The translations under genes and the position numbers were made by a program. A stretch of 64,000 bases of DNA from Candidatus Chisholmbacteria bacterium (GTDB lineage Bacteria > Patescibacteriota > Microgenomatia > UBA1400 > Chisholmbacteraceae), in the NCBI GenBank assembly GCA_963704905.1, contig CAVPHZ010000002.1, forward strand, positions 139,011-203,010, given 5' to 3'. The notes beneath the pieces are model-generated. The model had not been told where the DNA came from. It did not search any database and saw only the letters and a program-made list of their open reading frames with translations. This document shows positions 60,580 through 64,000 of the stretch, piece after piece (the first letter of the stretch is position 1; each line of letters starts with the position of its first letter).

Positions 60580-62889
60580 ATGGAAAATCTGCCCCATGTA
60601 GTACCTTTCAACCAAGTCGATAGCGATGATGTCAACTTAGTTGGAGGTAAAGGTGCCAATCTTGGTGAAATGACCAAGGCCGGCTTTCCGGTTCCCAGCG
60701 GTTTCATTGTTACATCTCCAGCCTATTTTTACGTGCTGGATGAAAACAACCTCCGTCCGAAAATTAAGGATGCATTGGTTGGGCTCAATGTCCAAAATTC
60801 GAAGGCTTTAAAAATTTCCAGCCGCAAAATCAAGCGACTGATCTCCCACGCAGAAATTCCGGATGACTTAGCTAAAGAAATAATCACTCACTACAGATCA
60901 CTTGAGAGAAAAACAAGAGAGCCTTGGGTAGCCATCCGCTCATCAGCCACTGCCGAAGATCTTCCCGTAGCATCTTTCGCTGGCCAGCAGGAAACCTTTC
61001 TCAATATCAAAGGTACAGCCAATGTTGTCCATACCGTTCGCAGAGCCTGGGCTTCACTCTTTGAACCACGCGCCATATTTTACCGCCAGGAAAAAGGATT
61101 CGATCATCTGAAAGTAGGAATCGCAGTACCGGTGCAAAAGATGATCCAATCCGATGTCTCAGGAGTCATGTTTACAGTTGATCCAATATCTGAAGACAAA
61201 GACCGCTTAGTTATTGAAGCAGTTTGGGGTTTGGGAGAAATGATCGTTCAAGGAGCAGTTACTCCAGACAGGTATCTGGTTGAAAAGAATAAAGTAACAA
61301 TTCTGCAAAAGATCAACAACGATCAGACTATTGAGTTAAAAAGGGTCGGACGTAAAAATAAAAAGATCCACGTTGCAGAGCAAAAACAAAAAAAGCTAAA
61401 ACTTACCGATGAGCAAATTGTTAGAGTAGCAAAACTTGGCAATGCTGTGCATCAACATTATTTCTATCCACAAGATATCGAATGGGCTCTTGAAAACGGT
61501 CATCTCTACCTCCTTCAAACGAGACCAATCACCACGTTGGATACAGAGAAGAAAAAAAAGACAAAGATAATAATTGACGGTGCAACATTTACCAAGAACT
61601 TAAAAATAATATTAAATGGTGATCCGGCTTCACCGGGTATTCATAGCGGAAGAGTGCGTATTATTCATTCAGCCAAAGAAATCTCAAAAGTAAAAACCGG
61701 AGATGTGTTAGTCACTGAGATGACAACTCCAGATTTTGTTCCGGTAATGCGTAGAGTTGTCGCCATTGTTACTGATAGAGGTGGGCAAACCTCACATGCC
61801 GCTATTGTCAGCCGCGAACTTGGAATTACCTGTGTCGTAGGGACCAAACAGGCAACCAAAAAGCTTAAAAACGGACACATGATAACAGTAAACGGGAAAA
61901 CAGGGGAAATCTTTGCAGGCTCACTCCCACCAAGAAAACTCAATCAAATCGAAAGCGTACAAACAGCAAGTAGACTTCAATCATCCAGAAAAACCGCTAC
62001 AAAAATCTATGTCAACCTAGCTGAACCAGATAGAGCCCACGATCTGGCTTCCAGGAATGTTGATGGAATTGGTCTACTTCGAGCCGAGTTTATGATTGCT
62101 CAAATAGGCATCCATCCGAAGAAGCTGCTTCAAGATAAGAAACGCAATGTGTTTGTGCGTAAGCTTGCTGATGGACTTGAAACGTTTTGCCGTGCTTTCG
62201 ATCCGAGACCTGTCGTGTATAGAACTACAGATTTTAAGACCAATGAGTATAGAAATCTCATCGGTGGAAAAAATTATGAACCCGAGGAAGAAAATCCACT
62301 CATTGGTTATCGTGGAGCCTACCGATATGTTTCAGATGAGACAGTTTTCGATATGGAGCTCGATGCGATTAAACGGGTTCGAAATAAAGGAGGATATAAG
62401 AATTTATGGATGATGGTACCGTTTGTGAGAAACGTTCCAGAGTTCGAAAAAGTAAAACGTATCATTGCCTCAAAGGGTTTAGTGCGTTCAGCAACCTTTA
62501 AACTCTGGATGATGGTAGAAATTCCCTCCAATGTCATTTTGCTTGATGATTTCATCGATGTTGGTATCGATGGGGTATCAATAGGAACAAACGATCTGAC
62601 AATGTTGACACTTGGGGTGGACCGAGACAACCAGGAAATCTCCCAAGATTTCGATGAAAGAAACCCAGCCATGCTTTGGTCCCTTAAGCGGATCATTACC
62701 ACTGCATCCAAGAGGGGAATTACCAGTTCAGTATGCGGACAAGCGCCATCGTCGTATCCTGATCTCACGCAAAAACTTGTAGAATGGGGTATCACAAGCG
62801 TCTCAGTAAGTCCAGATGTCATAGACGCAACTAGAGAAATCATCTATCATTCAGAAATACGCATGCTAAACAGGAAAAAACGCTTGTAA
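60580..62889 (+). CDS. ppsA: Phosphoenolpyruvate synthase (pyruvate, water dikinase)
   Basis: N-terminal ATP-grasp VGGKGANLGEM, phospho-His domain TDRGGQTSHAAIVSRELGI, and a C-terminal PEP-utilising TIM barrel. ATG 60580 is preferred over the track's TTG 60553. Confidence 0.9.
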   Translation: MENLPHVVPFNQVDSDDVNLVGGKGANLGEMTKAGFPVPSGFIVTSPAYFYVLDENNLRPKIKDALVGLNVQNSKALKISSRKIKRLISHAEIPDDLAKEIITHYRSLERKTREPWVAIRSSATAEDLPVASFAGQQETFLNIKGTANVVHTVRRAWASLFEPRAIFYRQEKGFDHLKVGIAVPVQKMIQSDVSGVMFTVDPISEDKDRLVIEAVWGLGEMIVQGAVTPDRYLVEKNKVTILQKINNDQTIELKRVGRKNKKIHVAEQKQKKLKLTDEQIVRVAKLGNAVHQHYFYPQDIEWALENGHLYLLQTRPITTLDTEKKKKTKIIIDGATFTKNLKIILNGDPASPGIHSGRVRIIHSAKEISKVKTGDVLVTEMTTPDFVPVMRRVVAIVTDRGGQTSHAAIVSRELGITCVVGTKQATKKLKNGHMITVNGKTGEIFAGSLPPRKLNQIESVQTASRLQSSRKTATKIYVNLAEPDRAHDLASRNVDGIGLLRAEFMIAQIGIHPKKLLQDKKRNVFVRKLADGLETFCRAFDPRPVVYRTTDFKTNEYRNLIGGKNYEPEEENPLIGYRGAYRYVSDETVFDMELDAIKRVRNKGGYKNLWMMVPFVRNVPEFEKVKRIIASKGLVRSATFKLWMMVEIPSNVILLDDFIDVGIDGVSIGTNDLTMLTLGVDRDNQEISQDFDERNPAMLWSLKRIITTASKRGITSSVCGQAPSSYPDLTQKLVEWGITSVSVSPDVIDATREIIYHSEIRMLNRKKRL

Positions 62890-62919
62890 TTTAAGTGTTT
62901 TGCCATTACAATTTTTACT

Positions 62920-64000
62920 ATGGCACAAATAACATCAGTCAAAGCAAGAGAAATTCTAGACTCAAGAGGAATACCCACGGTTGAAACCACCCTCACCTTG
63001 GATGAAACGCCACCAGTTACCGCCTCAGCCCCTTCAGGGACGTCAACAGGTACCTATGAAGCGGTGGAGATACGCGATGAAGATCCAAAGAGATATCAAG
63101 GAAGAGGTGTGCTCCAGGCAGTCAAAAATGTCGATGAGATCATCGCCCCAAAGCTCATCGGGAAAGATCCAACCCATCAAACAGAAATCGATCAGATGAT
63201 GGTTGACCTTGACGGTACCAAGAATAAATCCCGAATCGGAGCCAATGCGATTCTCTCAGTATCTGTTGCCGTATGTAAGGCTGGTGCACAAGTGTACAAC
63301 ATGGAAACCTACGACTACATCAAGTCAAAATATCGTCTTGCCGAAGATCCTCTCAATATTCCAACACCGATCTTCAATGTCATTAACGGTGGTAAACATG
63401 GCGCAGGCAATCTAGATTTTCAGGAGTTCCACGTGATTCCATCAACGAGGATGGCATTTTCAAAAGCTCTTCAAGCTGGGCAGGAGGTATATCACACGAT
63501 TGAAACCGTATTAAAAAAGCACGGAGCCATTCATAGTGTTGGAGTCGAAGGTGGATTTGCGCCAAACTTGTATAAGAATTCAGATGCGCTGGAACTCATT
63601 GTGGAAGCAATTCGAAACACTGACTTTAAGTACGGGGAGGATGTCTTTCTCGGTCTTGATGTCGCTGCATCTAATTTCTTCAAAGGAGGCAAGTACAGAA
63701 TTAAAGATCAAAAAGACCCACTGACAACCAAAGAATTCATCGACTACTACAAAGCGTTAAATGAAGAATATCGTCTCTATTCCCTCGAAGATCCTCTCAA
63801 CGAAGACGACTGGCAAGCCTGGAGAGAGTTGTCCGCAGAACTCGGTTCCAACACCGTTATCGTCGGAGACGATCTCCTCACGTCCAACCGTGAGCGGACT
63901 GAAAAAGCCATCATTGAAAAGGCATGTACAGCCATATTAGCCAAACCGAATCAAATCGGAACTATCTCTCAAACCGTTGAAGTCATTACTATTGCCAAGC
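62920..64000 (+). CDS. eno: Enolase, 3' end truncated by the window edge
   Basis: MAQITSVKAREILDSRGIPTVE..SAPSGTSTGTYEAVE....GDDLLTSN.. Absent from the track because no stop falls inside the window. Confidence 0.95.
   Translation, partial: MAQITSVKAREILDSRGIPTVETTLTLDETPPVTASAPSGTSTGTYEAVEIRDEDPKRYQGRGVLQAVKNVDEIIAPKLIGKDPTHQTEIDQMMVDLDGTKNKSRIGANAILSVSVAVCKAGAQVYNMETYDYIKSKYRLAEDPLNIPTPIFNVINGGKHGAGNLDFQEFHVIPSTRMAFSKALQAGQEVYHTIETVLKKHGAIHSVGVEGGFAPNLYKNSDALELIVEAIRNTDFKYGEDVFLGLDVAASNFFKGGKYRIKDQKDPLTTKEFIDYYKALNEEYRLYSLEDPLNEDDWQAWRELSAELGSNTVIVGDDLLTSNRERTEKAIIEKACTAILAKPNQIGTISQTVEVITIAK

Overview
This 64-kb window is densely coded (about 90%), uses the standard bacterial code, and is about 40% GC. 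TGA, TAA and TAG all act as stops, and there are many ATGA start/stop overlaps. Gene content and style suggest a small-genome, Patescibacteria/CPR-like bacterium; this is inference (short ATP-synthase delta subunit, GT39 glycosyltransferases, LemA/HtpX pair, short HolA, minimal ClpB). No rRNA, CRISPR array, integrase or transposase was found.

What is here, in order:
- 1-430: 5' part of a signal peptidase I gene on the minus strand, truncated by the window edge.
- 453-650: a tRNA-Val gene with a promoter that has an extended -10 box.
- 1.1-13 kb: a translationally coupled glycan-biosynthesis island. It has 2 GT2 and 3 GT4 glycosyltransferases, a Wzx-like flippase, a Wzy/WaaL-like ligase, an alkaline-phosphatase-family phosphodiesterase, a cysteine-less PP-loop PAPS-reductase-family protein, a SAM methyltransferase, and a frameshifted GT39/ArnT-like gene.
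- 13-14.8 kb: a minus-strand block with tRNA-Thr, tRNA-Gly and tRNA-Asp flanked by an Ig-like membrane protein and a LysM protein.
- 14.9-32.1 kb: housekeeping genes. These are PolX, LemA-HtpX, ClpB (frameshifted in a G homopolymer), gatCAB, dnaE, pyrG, rplS, yraN and tkt.
- 32.1-36.7 kb: two surface proteins. One fuses an acyltransferase-3 domain to a deacetylase-like domain. The other has Ig-like repeats plus a C39-like peptidase domain.
- 36.7-37.9 kb: a second frameshifted GT39-like gene on the minus strand.
- 38.3-41.8 kb: a rearrangement scar around tRNA-Lys and tRNA-Glu.
  - It holds a perfect 19-bp direct repeat of the tRNA-Glu 3' end and two decayed tRNA-Glu-like copies.
  - It also holds a glycine-rich RRM RNA-binding gene whose 150-nt leader and ORF are duplicated, with the second ORF inactivated by two TAA substitutions.
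  - The remainder is a start-less ORF remnant, a triple zinc-ribbon protein and a SatP/YaaH transporter.
- 41.9-43.8 kb: a CarD-like regulator, an Excalibur-domain protein and an unknown protein.
- 43.9-50.6 kb: the ATP synthase operon atpBEFHAGDC. A two-CBS-domain gene sits between atpG and atpD, the a subunit carries an acidic insertion, and the delta subunit is truncated.
- 50.6-63 kb: ruvCAB, a DsbB-like gene, an SRAP/small-ORF/dinB cluster, a small EF-Tu-domain-2-like protein, an HExxH protein, holA, and the sugar-phosphate/central-carbon genes pgm, suhB, pgi/pmi and ppsA.
- 62.9-64 kb: the 5' part of eno, truncated by the window edge.

The main hunting results are the tRNA-Glu rearrangement scar, the CBS gene inside the ATP synthase operon, the two fusion surface enzymes, and three frameshift-disrupted genes (two at homopolymers) that need read-level verification.
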